Assembly (NCBI RefSeq): GCF_964188315.1
Contig: NC_135656.1
Location: forward strand, 33,976,001-34,040,000
Direction of reading: 5' to 3'
DNA from: Podarcis muralis
Taxonomy: Eukaryota
Length of the DNA stretch: 64,000 bases
Positions 63,569-64,000 of the stretch are shown here, one piece after another. Every line of letters begins with the position of its first letter. Position 1 is the stretch's first letter. A program made the position numbers and the translations under genes. The notes under the pieces were generated by a model. It was not told the DNA's origin. It ran no database searches and worked only from the letters and a program-made list of their open reading frames with translations.

Positions 63569-63809
63569 CAGTGGTACCTCAGTTTACGAACTTAATCCAT
63601 TCCGAAAGTCCATTCTTAAACCAAAGCTGTTCTTAAACTGAGGTGCGCTTTCCCTCATGAAATCTCCCGCCACCGGTGCCCTTCCACCGTTCGGCCTTCG
63701 TTCGTAGACAGAGGTAAAGTTCACTAACTGGAACACTAATTCCGGTTTTGCGGAGTTCATATACCGAATAGTTCGTAAACAGGGCTGTTCTTAAACTAAG
63801 GTACCACTG
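63569..63809. mobile_element. pogo-type MITE, divergent subfamily
   Basis: TA-CAGTGGTACCTCAGTTTA...TAAACTAAGGTACCACTG. Confidence 0.8.
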
Positions 63810-64000
63810 CATTTGGAAACATGTAATCTTTAAGTGGGGAGTAAGTGTCCATCTGTATCTTCCACTGCAGGGATTTTTTTTTCAGTGGGCAGAAGTTAGC
63901 GAGACTGAGTATAGAGGCTCAAGTGTCTTTACAACATTTGGTAAACTAAATCTCACTCCTTTCTGTAAGTCTACAATCCTCACGATCACTACTCAGTAAT

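Noticed and set aside
56960-64000. USH1G exon 1 (expected MNDQYHRAARDG...LIVSRG) and OTOP2
   Set aside because: No matching sequence was found on either strand; they presumably lie beyond the window end.

Overview
Vertebrate genomic DNA from a squamate reptile, most likely a lacertid lizard. This is inferred from the repeat content: Sauria SINEs, Bov-B/RTE, CR1, L2, Squam-type SINEs, Penelope ends and pogo/hAT MITEs. One real gene is recognisable: the 3' part of USH1G (SANS) on the minus strand, comprising large coding exon 2 (56959-55727), a 1.29-kb intron inside the last codon, and a terminal exon with a ~1.85-kb 3'UTR. Exon 1 is not in the window. The other protein-like feature is a processed CDK9 pseudogene (~20763-24850), bounded by a 27-bp target-site duplication (TSD). 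It carries a codon-3 stop, HRD->HWD, a TA-flanked pogo MITE in the ORF, and a 1145-bp TSD-flanked non-autonomous retroelement in its 3'UTR. Everything else is repeat-rich intergenic or intronic DNA, and most short ORFs in the track are repeat-derived or antisense shadows. I found no evidence of a new multi-gene system. The most notable observations are the layered CDK9 retrocopy, the unclassified 1.1-kb retroelement, the protein-neutral terminal intron of USH1G, two SINEs inserted at one target site, a perfect 144-bp Penelope-derived palindrome, and an internally deleted, TSD-bounded Bov-B. All family names come from recalled consensus features, not from database searches.
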